From an uncultured Hormoscilla sp. (GTDB lineage Bacteria > Cyanobacteriota > Cyanobacteriia > Cyanobacteriales > Desertifilaceae), in assembly GCA_963921275.4 (NCBI GenBank), contig OZ001293.3, positions 4,512,001 to 4,576,000 on the forward strand: 64,000 bases of DNA, written 5' to 3'. Positions 22,705-37,574 of the stretch are shown piece after piece. Numbering within the stretch: the first letter of the stretch is position 1; the number at the start of each line of letters is the position of its first letter. The position numbers were made by a program, and so were the translations under genes. The notes beneath the pieces were generated by a model that saw only the letters and a list, made by a program, of their open reading frames with translations, searched no databases and was not told the DNA's origin.

Positions 22705-22901
22705 TGGCTCGGGTGCGGCTCGGGTGCGGCTCGGGTGTGGCTCGGGTGCGGCTCGGGTGTGGCTCGGGTGCGGCTCGGGTGCGGCTCGGGTGTGGCTCGG
22801 GTGCGGCTCGGGTGTGGCTCGGGTGCGGCTCAACCTCGGCTCAACCTCGGCTCAACCTCGGCTCAACCTCGGCTCGACCTCGGCTCAACCTCGGCTCGGG
22901 T
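22705..22901. repeat. 11-bp tandem repeats: GGCTCGGGTG(C/T) about 11 copies, then GGCTCAACCTC about 6 copies
   Basis: Direct reading; a related short run lies at about 21710-21740. Confidence 0.9.
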
Positions 22902-22953
22902 ATGGCTACTGGCGTGTAAGCAATTTCGCTGAGGGCTGTTGCTTTGCGATCGC

Positions 22954-23220
22954 CTAAGATCTGGGATGGCTGCGAACGTGGTAGTCTTCTCCGATAACTT
23001 CCAGAATGTCACCGGGATGAAGTAAAGGATAGATGCTGTGTCGCTTTTCCCACACGCCTCTTCCCGTGCCTGGGTCCGGACAGGTGATGCGGTAGGTATT
23101 CGCTAGCACTCGCTCTACTTGGCAATTCGGTGGTAGAATCAGAGAAATGAGGGTGCAGGTGGTATCGCTGTCGATCATGTTCGGATTCTGAGAACAAAAG
23201 ATGATAAAGCAGTAGGGCAC
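22954..23220 (-). CDS. Hypothetical protein
   Basis: Open frame divergent from the kinase gene; likely start MIDSD at 23178. Confidence 0.5.
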   Translation of the reverse strand: MPYCFIIFCSQNPNMIDSDTTCTLISLILPPNCQVERVLANTYRITCPDPGTGRGVWEKRHSIYPLLHPGDILEVIGEDYHVRSHPRS

Positions 23221-23337
23221 CTTCCATCGCCCACCACCAGTAACTTCCTGTTGGGGCAGGTTGAGATGAGCACTTGCCCATTACTAATCTAAAGGCAAAG
23301 CCTTTCATATAGGATAAAGTATGCCAGCAGACTTGCC

Positions 23338-24618
23338 ATGAGTTACTGTATCAACCCCCAATTGCCCCAATCCTCAAAACTCTGACAACCAGCTATTTGG
23401 CGCTGCTTGCGGTTCGGAATTACTCCTAGAAGGACAATATCGCATCCTGGGCAAACTAGGCGGCGGTGGTTTTGGCACTACCTATGAGGTAGATGACCCG
23501 AAACAACTGCCGGTATAAAGGAGAGACCTAAAAGCCTCGCGAAATGATACTAGGGAACGAAGTAACCCCTCGTGAGCTGTCCAGTAGGACCAGTCAGATG
23601 TGAAGCGTAAGCCACGAGTGGGAAAGATGGCCCGAGAAGCTAATGCCTGGGCGGTGTCTGGAGCATGCCGTGTCCTTCAGGACAAGAGCCCGGTGTCTGG
23701 AGCGTACCGATGGCGCTACGCTGGGCGCGCAGCGCATGTCCTTCAGGACAAGAGTACGCTCCAGACACCGGAGCGGAAGACGCCGGGTAATGCCCATGGA
23801 TACGCTGACGCGGGTCGGAGATATCAGGAAGCTACTGGTTGAAAGTAACCCTAAAAGGTTATAAACCATGCACAATTAGTGACATAGGGATAAATAACTG
23901 GTAAAACGAGCGAGTAAATGGTGATCCCTTAAGGTTTCTCGGCTGCACCAATCACCAACCAGGGAAGGGGCCAAATTGCAAGTAGTAAGGGCCAACGGTG
24001 AGCAATCCCTAGTAAGCCTATCCATGACAACGGACCTGGTACCCAGTAGCCGGATGCGGTGAAAATCGCACGTCCGGTTCGGAATGGGAGGGTTGGGAAG
24101 CGATTTCCAGCTCGACCCCGACTGGAACGGCAAAGGTTTTGAAAGTCCTGCATCTGAACGAACCCAAAGCTATCTCCCTATTTCAGCAAGAAGCAAAGGT
24201 ATTAGAACAGTTGCATCATTCAGGGATTCCCAAGGTTGACCCTGATGGCTATTTTACCTTTGTTCCCAGAAGCAGCCAAGAGCCCCTGCACTGCTTAGTC
24301 ATGGAAAAAATTGAGGGAGAAGATTTGCAGAATTGGCTAGAAAAACGAGGACGCCCTATCAGTCAAAAGTTAGCACTCAAATGGCTGACTCAGCTAGTAG
24401 AGATTCTCGATGAGGTACATCAGAAGCATTTTTTCCATCGGGATATCAAACCGCCCAATATCATGCTGCGCCCCAGCGGACAACTAGCATTGATTGATTT
24501 CGGCACGGTTAAAGAAATCACGGCTATCTACATGGCAAATGTGAATGCAGGACAGCCAGGTACTGTTGTTTATTCTAGGGGTTATGCGCCAACGGAGCAA
24601 GAAAACGGTCATACATTG
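23338..24618 (+). pseudogene. Hanks-type Ser/Thr protein kinase, disrupted by a frameshift, an intron remnant and IS4
   Basis: MSYCINP start, LGGGGFGTTYEV, KVLKVL, HRDIKPPN, LIDFG, GYAPTEQ. Confidence 0.9.
23498..24123 (+). mobile_element. 5'-truncated ORF-less group II intron with nested small repeats (about 23653-23785)
   Basis: Canonical DV AGCCGGATGCGGTGAAAATCGCACGTCCGGTTC; DVI ends CTCGACCCCGAC(T); the kinase resumes at GGA ACG GCA AAG. Confidence 0.85.
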
Positions 24619-26067
24619 CTTACCACCCCTCAGTTTTCCAGCGAGCCCATAGAGGGGGGACCGGGAGTCCATGACGAATCACTCGAATAATCAGACGAAG
24701 TCCAGTGGTAAACAAAGAACACCAAGAACGGAAGCGTTTTGAAGGAGACTTGGGTAAAGGCGTCTCATCACTCATACCAGCAGATGTAGACCAATACATC
24801 GCTAGTGCCATAACCAAAATCAAACGTTCAATACGATCTGCATGCTCAAGTTGAGTTTCAGTAATGCCAAAACCTCTGGTTTTGAAATCCGAAAACATGG
24901 GTTCAATTCCCCAACGAATCCCATAATCTCGTGTTTTGTATTCGGAGGCAGGACAATCCAGAGCTACGATCCAAGGTTCGTCATAGCCAGGGTCTTGAAG
25001 TATACCAATATTAGTTTTTACTTCTTTCTCGTTAAAGCAAGCTCCATTCGAGATTTTTACTCCCAGTGCTGCGGCATCTCTACCAGTAATTTCTCCTCCT
25101 TGGTGTTGGAAAATCAGGTTACCCTTCAGGCGAATCCGGTAACTCCATTGATGATTTTGACACCATTCTACCATCGATGGCGTGCCATAGAATCTGTCAG
25201 CCATCAACAAGATGGAAAAATCTTCAGACAGCATCTGGTATACTTTTTCTAGTAATTGCTTTTCCTCTGAGAACCCTATAGCTCCCTTGGTTTTTTTTAC
25301 ATACCATAGCAATGGCAAAGACCTCCCCCCCATACTGACACTCACCATCAGCACTTCAAAGCCATTTCCCACTTTGCTTTGATCCAATATTAGGAGCAAC
25401 TGCTCTCCATAAGCGGTCATGTTCTCACACAACTCTCTTCCGTAAGAAGCCATTACCAAAGTAACGTCCACTTCGTCACTTGCGAGAAATCTGCTGATAT
25501 ATTGATAGCGTTTTTCATTGTGCTTGATGGGACGGGGTAGTGTGGCGGCCAAGACCATTAGATTGGCAGTTCTCTCTGACAACATGCAACTGACCAAATT
25601 TGCCAAACCTAGTCGCCTAGGTTTACTTAAGCCTGTATCTCGCTGTTCGATATCTGCTAAGATATCGGAGCAAATTTTCGGAATTCCGCCTGATTCCATG
25701 TTGTCAATAAAACTGTGTTTTTTTTCGTTGGGCTCTCCTGCGTTTATCGTAGTAAATGTATCACAAAATACAAATATAGCGGGACAAAAAGGCTGAAACC
25801 CTTGATTTTGTGTGAATATAAGTTTGACTTATCACCCAAAAGGCCGGAGACCCTTCGTTGTCTATTAACGCACGTGGATAACTAGTATTTTTGCTGAGTC
25901 CCCAATTGGGAGATGCTCTCCGTTTTTCTGACTAGACAAATATTTCCATGTATTAATGATCGATCCATAAAAACTCTTTGGAATCAACAATCCATCTCAT
26001 CCCCTAATTGTGCAACGGCTTTTTTTGTACTCTTGGGAATCATAGCAGAATTTTGAGGGGTGGTAAG
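24619..26067 (-). mobile_element. IS4-family element
   Basis: TIRs CTTACCACCCCTCA / TGAGGGGTGGTAAG; flanks do not match, consistent with an adjacent deletion. Confidence 0.8.
24620..25699 (-). CDS. IS4-family DDE transposase
   Basis: LILDQS, LMADRFYG, YGIRWGIEPMFSDFK (YREK-type motif). Confidence 0.9.
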   Translation of the reverse strand: MESGGIPKICSDILADIEQRDTGLSKPRRLGLANLVSCMLSERTANLMVLAATLPRPIKHNEKRYQYISRFLASDEVDVTLVMASYGRELCENMTAYGEQLLLILDQSKVGNGFEVLMVSVSMGGRSLPLLWYVKKTKGAIGFSEEKQLLEKVYQMLSEDFSILLMADRFYGTPSMVEWCQNHQWSYRIRLKGNLIFQHQGGEITGRDAAALGVKISNGACFNEKEVKTNIGILQDPGYDEPWIVALDCPASEYKTRDYGIRWGIEPMFSDFKTRGFGITETQLEHADRIERLILVMALAMYWSTSAGMSDETPLPKSPSKRFRSWCSLFTTGLRLIIRVIRHGLPVPPLWARWKTEGW

Positions 26068-26424
26068 GACAGACTCCCTAAAGCCTTGACATATTCCCAC
26101 TCATATGGTAAGTAGACGCAGGCGGGGACAGCGGCGGCCTAACAACCCCCAGCGATCGCCGGTACAAGGTCGTCAGTGCTAGAGAAATGTAACAAAACTT
26201 ATAGTTTTCTCAGATACCGACAGAGGTAGCCTAAGATAAACATCGTTACGCTTTTTAATAAACGGCGTGGTCAACCCAGATTAATCTAGATCCTGAGTTC
26301 GATCGGGGCCACAGGCAGTCGGTCGCGGTGAAGAGCGAGCAGCTGGCGCTAGGAGGTAGAAATAGGGTTGCCCAGTGGCACGCTTAACTCAGATAAAGAG
26401 CAAAAATTAGAAGGGAGCTGATGA

Positions 26425-29697
<3,273 letters not shown>

Positions 29698-29988
29698 GAT
29701 CGCCGGCTATCCAGGCAGTTCAGGGGTAAGATAAAGGCCCCTGAACCGCTACACAGCTCCTGCCGGGGGAAGCAAAATGAGGGGAAATATTAAATATTGT
29801 GAAGAAGAGATTGAAAATGTAACCGAGATGCAGCAAAATAAAAGCTGAGTTAGTTGCGGCGCAGGAAATCCAACTGAGGTCGCTCCAGCAGGCCCAAAAG
29901 AAACAACTGAGTATAAACTCTCTCTCAGCCTTGGCTTGCGCCAAGTGAAGACCGATTTGGTTACATTAATTATTGGAGGAATCCACGC

Positions 29989-30474
29989 ATGAGTATAGTC
30001 ACGAAATCAATCGTGAATGCAGATGCCGAGGCTCGTTACCTCAGCCCAGGCGAACTAGAACAGATCAAAAGCTTTGTCGGTTCGGGCGAACAGCGTCTGC
30101 GGATCGCTCAAGTTTTGACAGACTCCCGCGAACGGATCGTTAAGGAAGCAGGAGACCAACTGTTCCAAAAGCGTCCAGATGTGGTTTCTCCCGGTGGAAA
30201 TGCCTATGGAGAAGAAATGACCGCTACCTGTCTGCGGGACATGGACTACTATCTGCGTCTGATCACCTACGGAATTGTAGCAGGCGATGTCACCCCGATC
30301 GAAGAAATCGGTCTAGTGGGTGCCAAAGAAATGTACAAGTCTCTGGGAACTTCCCTGGATGCGTTGGCGGAAAGCGTCCGCTGCATGAAGGGTGTCGCCG
30401 TCGGGATGATGTCTGGTGACGACGCTGCGGAAGCAGGCTCCTACTTTGACTACGTGATCGGTGGTCTGCAATAG
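29989..30474 (+). CDS. apcA: Allophycocyanin alpha subunit
   Basis: [26 protein letters not shown]. Confidence 0.99.
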   Translation: MSIVTKSIVNADAEARYLSPGELEQIKSFVGSGEQRLRIAQVLTDSRERIVKEAGDQLFQKRPDVVSPGGNAYGEEMTATCLRDMDYYLRLITYGIVAGDVTPIEEIGLVGAKEMYKSLGTSLDALAESVRCMKGVAVGMMSGDDAAEAGSYFDYVIGGLQ

Positions 30475-30567
30475 GACTGCAATAGGAGATATTCCTTTCC
30501 TTCGGACGACGCACAGAAGCGTCAACAGAAAGTTCGCAAATTTAGGTAACTTCAAAGAAGCAAAACA

Positions 30568-31053
30568 ATGCAAGACGCAATTACCGCTGTAATCAATTCC
30601 TCTGATGTCCAAGGTAAGTACCTGGACATTGCCGCCCTCGACAAGCTGAAAGGCTACTTCCAAACGGGTGGATTGCGCGTGCGCGCAGCAACAGCTATTA
30701 GCGCTAATGCAGCCGCGATTGTCAGGGACGCTGTGGCCAAATCCCTGCTATACTCTGACAGCACCCGTCCGGGTGGCAACATGTACACCACCCGTCGCTA
30801 TGCTGCTTGCATTCGCGACTTAGACTACTTCCTGCGCTACGCCACCTACGCCATGTTGGCAGGAGATCCTTCCATCCTGGATGAGCGCGTGCTCAACGGC
30901 TTGAAGGAAACCTACAACTCCTTGGGCGTGCCCATTGGCAATACAGTGCAAGCCATTCAAGCGATGAAAGACGTCACGGCTGGCCTGGTGGGCCTAGATG
31001 CCGGTAAGGAAATGGGCGTCTATTTTGACTATATCTGCTCTGGCTTGAGCTAG
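30568..31053 (+). CDS. apcB: Allophycocyanin beta subunit
   Basis: [19 protein letters not shown]. Confidence 0.99.
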   Translation: MQDAITAVINSSDVQGKYLDIAALDKLKGYFQTGGLRVRAATAISANAAAIVRDAVAKSLLYSDSTRPGGNMYTTRRYAACIRDLDYFLRYATYAMLAGDPSILDERVLNGLKETYNSLGVPIGNTVQAIQAMKDVTAGLVGLDAGKEMGVYFDYICSGLS

Positions 31054-31083
31054 GAATTTTTCCGGCTGCCTGGCCACTCATTG

Positions 31084-31172
31084 AGTCTGGGAAGTCGAAA
31101 GTGAGTCCTAGCCCGTTACTAGCCTAGGGAATGGGTTGGATCGGTCTAGGATTGACTCTTGACTCCCAGACT
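31084..31172 (+). terminator. Long stem-loop between apcB and apcC (terminator or RNA-stability element)
   Basis: AGTCTGGGAAGTC...GACTCCCAGACT outer arms with an inner AGTCCTAG/CTAGGATT stem. Confidence 0.6.
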
Positions 31173-31241
31173 TTAAGATGTAAAATTTAATAAGTTCTAT
31201 AGATTTAAGCTTGAGAGCAAGTACTCAGGAGAAATAGACCC

Positions 31242-31445
31242 ATGCGGATGTTTAAGATTACAGCCTGCGTTCCCAGCCTAACTCGGATTCGCACCCAGCG
31301 GGAACTGCAAAACACATACTTTACCAAGCTAGTCGCCTACGACAACTGGTTTCAGGAGCAGCAGCGGATCATGAAAATGGGTGGCAAAATTGTCAAAGTG
31401 CAACTGGCGACTGGTAAAGTAGGAGCTAACGCAGGGCTGATGTAA
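31242..31445 (+). CDS. apcC: Phycobilisome core linker ApcC
   Basis: MRMFKITACVPS.TRIRTQRELQNTYFTK. Confidence 0.98.
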   Translation: MRMFKITACVPSLTRIRTQRELQNTYFTKLVAYDNWFQEQQRIMKMGGKIVKVQLATGKVGANAGLM

Positions 31446-31810
31446 ACGAAGCTCTTTGATTATACTGCGAAGGTTAGGAACTGCGCTTATTTTAGCAGCC
31501 AATATGTCATTGCGAGGGGGGAGATAATTGAGAGATCCTTGTGCAGTAGGAGTAAAACCCCTCGAAGCAATCTCGGCGCGTTGGGTAGGAGATTGCTAGC
31601 GCTCCTGCCGTCGCACGCTTACGCTGCTGCGCTAACGGGAGAGTCTGATAGTAGGGCATACTACAGTTACTGCTTTGGGATCCCCCCTCGCAATGATGCC
31701 TTCTTCTCCATTTTGCGCTCGTCGATCCTTTTCAAAGTGTATCAGCAGATTCAGCAGGGCAAAAGCAGGAAATCTTCCTTTACTTTTGCCTTTTTAAGTT
31801 TTAAGTTTTA

Positions 31811-33019
31811 TTGATAATGCTAGGTCGCTTAACCCATTTTTTCAATCCCTCGGCAGAGGAATGGGCAATGGAAGCCCGACTGCTGCGGTGGCTGACATTC
31901 CTGTGGCTGCTGGTGGGGTTGGGGGTGTTGTTTTCAGCATCTTATTCTGTAGGCGATGCCGACTATGGGGATGGGCTGTACTATTTTAAGCGACAATTGC
32001 TGTGGGCAGGATTTGGCTTGGTGGGATTCAACCTAACAGTCAACACGCCTTTGCGGTATCTATTGAAAATAGCTCAGTGGTTGGTGTTTTTGGAACTAGG
32101 GTTAATCGGGGCCACCATAATCCCAGGATTGGGCACGACAATCAATGGTGCGACGCGCTGGCTATTTTTTGGTTCTTTTCCCCTGCAACCTTCGGAGTTG
32201 ATTAAACCATTCTTGGTGCTGCAAGGTGCCAAGGTGTTTGGTAACTGGGAACAGCTGACTGCAAAGGCTCGCTGGCGGTGGCTAGGGGTTTTTGCGGCGA
32301 TCCTGGTAGGCATTTTGCTTCAGCCTAACCTGAGTACGGCGGCTTTCTGCGGCATGACCCTATTTTTAGTGGCTACAGCAGCTGGCTTGCCTTATGTTTA
32401 TCTGGCAGCAACTGCTAGTGGTGGTTTGCTGTTAGGGACGATCAGTATTAGCTTCAATGAGTATCAGTGGCGTCGGATCATGTCTTTTTTGAATCCCTGG
32501 GCAGACCCCAAGCAGGACGGCTATCAGTTGATTCAAAGTCTGCTGGCGATCGGTTCTGGTGGCACTTGGGGGACTGGCTATGGACTGTCTCAGCAAAAGT
32601 TATTTTATTTGCCCATTCAGCACACGGATTTTATTTTTGCTGTCTATGCTGAAGAGTTTGGCTTGATTGGCAGTTGCCTGCTATTACTAATGCTGGCTGC
32701 CTATGCTACCCTGGGATTGATGGTGGCCCTGAAGGCTAGCCCCAAGCTCCATCAGCTAGTGGCCATAGGGGCGACGGTGTTGCTCGTGGGGCAGTCTCTG
32801 TTAAATATTGGTGTTGCTACTGGTGTACTGCCGACTACAGGGTTGCCTTTGCCGATGTTTAGCTATGGTGGCAATTCCATGATTGCGAGTTTGCTGGCAG
32901 CTGGGTTGCTGATTTGCGTGGCCCGGGAAAGTTCTGAGGCTGAGGCGGTCCCGATCTATCGCACTGGCTTCCAGGGGCGATCGCCTTCTGGCCGCAAGTT
33001 TACCTCAGGTCGAAGATGA
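31811..33019 (+). CDS. ftsW: FtsW/RodA SEDS protein
   Basis: QPSELIK, QPNLST, HTDFIFAV, PTTGLPLP; follows apcC. Confidence 0.9.
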   Translation: MIMLGRLTHFFNPSAEEWAMEARLLRWLTFLWLLVGLGVLFSASYSVGDADYGDGLYYFKRQLLWAGFGLVGFNLTVNTPLRYLLKIAQWLVFLELGLIGATIIPGLGTTINGATRWLFFGSFPLQPSELIKPFLVLQGAKVFGNWEQLTAKARWRWLGVFAAILVGILLQPNLSTAAFCGMTLFLVATAAGLPYVYLAATASGGLLLGTISISFNEYQWRRIMSFLNPWADPKQDGYQLIQSLLAIGSGGTWGTGYGLSQQKLFYLPIQHTDFIFAVYAEEFGLIGSCLLLLMLAAYATLGLMVALKASPKLHQLVAIGATVLLVGQSLLNIGVATGVLPTTGLPLPMFSYGGNSMIASLLAAGLLICVARESSEAEAVPIYRTGFQGRSPSGRKFTSGRR

Positions 33020-33300
33020 AAGCCGCAAAACTGGGAAAATACTTGACATTAACAGAGCTTTGTATTTGCACTTATACTTATCAGCAAGTTAGCCGATCGC
33101 ATTAATCCGTTTCTGCAAAACCTAGAAGAAACAATTTCCGCACTTCAGGACTTAAACAAGTTTATCATAGATGGGGCGATAGACTATTTTGGCAGAGAGA
33201 GGTTTGAACTGACATAAGGTTTTTACTCTCAGGACTTAAAAAAGTATCTGGAAAGGAAAGATCCAGCAACAGGATTAAAAAATGGTCGGGTAGCGCCTGA
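33016..33300 (+). pseudogene. Hypothetical protein remnant
   Basis: MKAAKLGKYLTL...IDYFGRERFELT*GFYS with a frameshift and a stop. Confidence 0.5.
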
Positions 33301-33359
33301 TAATGAATTGAAAATGTACGGATAAAAATGTTACGCACATTCAAAGCTGTACTGAAGTG

Positions 33360-33777
33360 AAATCAAGAATTTTTCCAGATAAAAAGTCAAAAAAGTAGAC
33401 CTTGTCTGATAATTTTTAACCGCTTTAATGAAAGATCCTTACTTATTTGAGTGTAAGATAAATAGTGAGGTAGTCATATCATGTATAGATAATTTTTGCT
33501 CGACGCTAGAGAAAAAACAGGTGATGGATAATAGATTTATTCCTACGAGTAATGCAGCAAAGAATAAACAAGAATAATGGGAAAAAGCTTTGACAATCTT
33601 CTATTTATCCACCTATTCTCTGGAATTAAATATCATTTAAATTTTGTGGCGCTTTATTAAATATGAGTGGCTAAATATTGATGCATATGAGAGTTGGAAA
33701 AGTTTGGTTAAAGCGGTGGAAGATGTGCTTCGAGACGTTGGAAAAAAATATAAAATTAATTTTGCCTAACTACTTAT
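33360..33777 (+). mobile_element. IS630-family transposase 3' remnant
   Basis: AT-rich; VMDN...YLSTYSLELNI..LWRFIKYEWL...YKINFA* followed by CTACTTA. Confidence 0.75.
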
Positions 33778-34971
33778 TGCAACAGGTGCAAGATATGAGT
33801 TCAAACTCACACCCTGCACCATTTTAAACTAGAGGCTGAGCCTCAATAACTCGTTCTCAGGGGTCGCCGGTGGGAACGACTGAGGGTAATTTTAGGCGAT
33901 CGCCTGCCCACGACGGCAGGGTTCCGAACCAGGTTCCCGCCAATATACCACCATCCAAAGTGGCAAATTACGAGCCATGAATGAAACAAGCCAGAAATAC
34001 TGACTACCCGTCCATCTCCAGGGCGATCGCTGATTATAACTCTGCTGCTGGCTCGGCATATTCAGATCCAAGGTAGCGCCTCCCAGATCCAACAGCAATA
34101 GTATTCATCCGCGATCGCGCTACCAGCAGCAGTTGTTGCCAAAGAGCGATCGCCTATGTTAAAATAGTTAAATCTTAGATATTGCACCTGTCGCAATAAC
34201 CAGTCTCTGGTTGCCAACTTTCTTCATAAGGCTTGAGCGTCGGTTTTAACCTAATGCTACTAAGAAATCAATTTTTATGGCAATTTTGAGCAAATTCTGG
34301 TATGATCATGAGCATTATTACCTAAAAAACGCTCATACCTATGCCAGTAAATGATTTCAGCCAGAACACTTGACATTGGTAGGCTACCTATGATCTAGTA
34401 TAGGTAACAGAACGTTTGGAATCAACCATTATGAGATGCGATCGCGATCCAGCTTGGCCTCGACGACAAGCTACAACAGTCAAAGTATTGGCTGAAGAGA
34501 TATTGCCAATTTTTGATGAAATATTCTCACGGTTATTAAAAAATGGGTAAAAAACTCCAAATTCCGGCTCTACTGGCGAGTATTAACCCCATTAATAATT
34601 TTATGGGGATTAATATATCAACCTTTAAACCGCGATCGCACATGTGATGCTGTAATAAGTCATTTGCATACAGGCGCAGTTTAGACAAAGAAGAAACTCA
34701 CCCATTTCCCCTCTCGCGTCGATTAAAATCATCAAGTACATCTAGTGCAAGGGCGATTGCGACTGCCACATATATAGCAATTATAAATCATTCGTGAAAG
34801 TTGAGAAACCAAGTTTATGGGCATTTGTGAACTCACAAATGCGGAAGATGGCCGTCCGGAGAAATTTCCAGGGTCGGCGAGGTTTTAAGGAGAGGATTTA
34901 GGGTATAGTGTAAATAGTCAAGTGACATAGTACCAGATCGCCCACGAGTGACCAGAAAAGCCCGATGGCCA

Positions 34972-35463
34972 ATGGAGCGTTTAGCAACAAAGATAGAAGC
35001 CATACTATACCTAAAGGGAAAAGCACTGTTGATCGCCGAGATCGCCAACTTAGCCAAATGCGACAAGGGTCAGGCAAAAGCAGGGATGAAAGAACTAATG
35101 GCAGACTATGCCAGTCGAGACAGCGCCTTGGAAGTGGTAGAGACCCCAACAGGATACTCTCTGCAGCTGCGATCGGACTTTCAGGAGATCGCCTACAACC
35201 TACTGCCAGCAGAATTGGGAGTCGGAGCCTTGCGGACATTAGCGGCGATCGCCCTAAGTGATAAGATCTTACAAAGCGAGTTAGTGGAGTTGCGAGGCAG
35301 CGGCGCCTATCAGCACGTCGGCCAACTGGTAGAAATAGGGTTAGTGAAGCGACAGCGGCAAGCAAATGGGCGATCGTACTCCCTGCAGGTAACCAACAAA
35401 TTTCATCAATATTTCCAGATCGAGCAACTCCCGACCCTTACTGGTGAGGGAGTGAAGGGGTGA
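34972..35463 (+). CDS. scpB: SMC-Scp complex subunit ScpB
   Basis: KIEAILY, ALRTLAAIAL, QSELVELRGSGAYQH. Confidence 0.93.
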   Translation: MERLATKIEAILYLKGKALLIAEIANLAKCDKGQAKAGMKELMADYASRDSALEVVETPTGYSLQLRSDFQEIAYNLLPAELGVGALRTLAAIALSDKILQSELVELRGSGAYQHVGQLVEIGLVKRQRQANGRSYSLQVTNKFHQYFQIEQLPTLTGEGVKG

Positions 35464-35576
35464 AGGTACGTGAATACAATTAACCTCCTTGGCAGGTTCA
35501 ATTCTCGATTTTCAATTCACTTCCCCAGATTAATGATATAATACAATAGTAGGCCAATCAGGTATTTACAAGTTTC

Positions 35577-35915
35577 ATGGTTTTTCCGCTTGAGGAATCA
35601 GAATTTTTCCCTGAATCTGCAACACAAGATCAAGGCAACGGCAACGATTTGCTGAAATACCTCAAAAAACAGGATTCTGATGTTTTAGCCCGAGTTGCCA
35701 AGTATATCACACCAGAAGTAAAATATCTCATCTCCCAGAAGGTTCACCCCCTGGTCGGAACCTTACCCTCGGAAAACTTTAACATGCAGATTGTCACTGA
35801 AAGGGAAAATCTCGCCAGTCTGCTGGCTTCTGCCATGATGAGCGGTTATTTCTTACGCCAGATGGAACAGCGGATGCAGCTAGATAGGAGCCTAGAAAAA
35901 GATCCTCCCCTGTAA
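35577..35915 (+). CDS. DUF760-like conserved cyanobacterial protein
   Basis: ENLASLLASAMMSGYFLRQMEQR. Confidence 0.75.
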   Translation: MVFPLEESEFFPESATQDQGNGNDLLKYLKKQDSDVLARVAKYITPEVKYLISQKVHPLVGTLPSENFNMQIVTERENLASLLASAMMSGYFLRQMEQRMQLDRSLEKDPPL

Positions 35916-35944
35916 AATGGGGTGGTCGGCGATCGCATGAACCA

Positions 35945-37114
35945 TCAATCTTCATTCTGTCTGAGGGCAGCAGGTCGCACCGGAATCGAGAGGATCTTAC
36001 CATTGCGGTTGACTTGCACCCTCAATAGTTCTCCGACAACGCTAGCTTCTACCAGATCCTGAACTTCTGTGGCAGACTGGACGGGGGTACGATCGATTTT
36101 GACAATCACATCACCAGGAAGCAGACCAGCTTTAGCAGCAGGTGAATCTGAGAAGACTTTGACAATCAAAACCCCTTCGTCAGAGGTAATCTTTAGCTGG
36201 CCGTATGAATTAAATTTAGCACTGACAGCAGGGGAAAGCTTGGCCATTTGAATACCCAAAAAGGGATGCCAAACCTCACCGTGAGCAAATAGCTGTGCGG
36301 CAATGCGCTGGGCCGTTTCGATCGGGATAGCAAAACCCAAACCTTGAGCATTGGCACGAATAGCTGTATTCATGCCAATAACTTCACCCCGAGCGTTCAG
36401 GAGGGGGCCGCCGGAGTTACCTGGATTAATAGCCACATCGGTTTGGATAAACCGGACTCTTTGATCAGATACGCCCACTTGGGAACTGGAACGACCGGTA
36501 GCGCTGATAATCCCGGCAGTCACCGTATTGTCCAAACCCAGAGGATTCCCGATCGCGATCGCCCATTGTCCGGGCACCAGGTCAGCGGAACTGCCCAGCT
36601 GCACCGTCGGCAGATCGGACGCCGCAATTTTCACTACGGCCACATCCGTGACTGGGTCTATGCCCAGCACCTCACCTGCAAAGTGGCGACCGTCCTTGAG
36701 GGTGACATCTACCACCTCCGAACCTGCCACAACATGAGCATTAGTGATAATATTACCATCTCTACTGAGGAGAAAACCCGAACCCGTGCCCCGGGCCAAT
36801 CTTTCTCGTCTCGGAAACCGATCGCCAAAAAACCGCATCAGGGGAGCAGGCATTGTCTCCAGCACAGAGGAGACCACTTGGCGAGTGGCATCAATGCGCA
36901 CTACAGCCGGTCCAGTTTTGGATACCGCCTCAGCAATAAAATTAGGATGAGAATGGCCGCGAAAGGCCGGCTGAGGCAGGGCTAAAGGTTGCAGAACCAC
37001 CGACGGGCGATCGGGAGTTTTGGGGAACATATAGCGACTGCCTAACAATCCCGCACCCCCGCCAATTGTCAGCAAACTCAGATAAATCGTCAATTGCTTG
37101 AAAGATAAACTCAT
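35945..37114 (-). CDS. HtrA/DegP (HhoA/HhoB-type) serine protease with PDZ domain
   Basis: TNAHVV, DVAVVK, AINPGNSGGPL, C-terminal PDZ. Confidence 0.95.
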   Translation of the reverse strand: MSLSFKQLTIYLSLLTIGGGAGLLGSRYMFPKTPDRPSVVLQPLALPQPAFRGHSHPNFIAEAVSKTGPAVVRIDATRQVVSSVLETMPAPLMRFFGDRFPRRERLARGTGSGFLLSRDGNIITNAHVVAGSEVVDVTLKDGRHFAGEVLGIDPVTDVAVVKIAASDLPTVQLGSSADLVPGQWAIAIGNPLGLDNTVTAGIISATGRSSSQVGVSDQRVRFIQTDVAINPGNSGGPLLNARGEVIGMNTAIRANAQGLGFAIPIETAQRIAAQLFAHGEVWHPFLGIQMAKLSPAVSAKFNSYGQLKITSDEGVLIVKVFSDSPAAKAGLLPGDVIVKIDRTPVQSATEVQDLVEASVVGELLRVQVNRNGKILSIPVRPAALRQNED

Positions 37115-37574
37115 ATTGCCTTGCCCACCACCGTCAGTTGTCCGTTGTCCGTGAAAGAATTTTGAATTGGGAATTTTGAATGCTGGATATGCTTCAAACT
37201 ATATTAATGATTATATTAGCAACAATAGTCCGGACAGTTTTGAGAAGAATTTTTATAATTCACTATTGTTAATATCCAGTCATCGTCATACATATGTATG
37301 ACGACAGCCAGTTGAAAAGGGAGTTGGTCCGAAAGCTATCCACCCTGTAGAGTGTTATAGTAAACCAAATCTAAGAAGCACTCCTGGGATAGTCGAGTCG
37401 AGTCTTCTCGCCTCACTGCTGGAAACAGCAGGCCATTTCTACAAACCCCCCTTGCCAGTTTCTTGACCATTGATAACCACCATTTTCGTGGCCATTAGGC
37501 ATTGTCAACTACACTCTCCGTCGGTACAGCCACTTGTCAACCTAGCGCATGGCGCAGCCATGCGTACCTATCGC

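Noticed and set aside
22704..22957. ORFs with LGCGSG repeats
   Set aside because: Translation artefacts of the 11-bp minisatellite.
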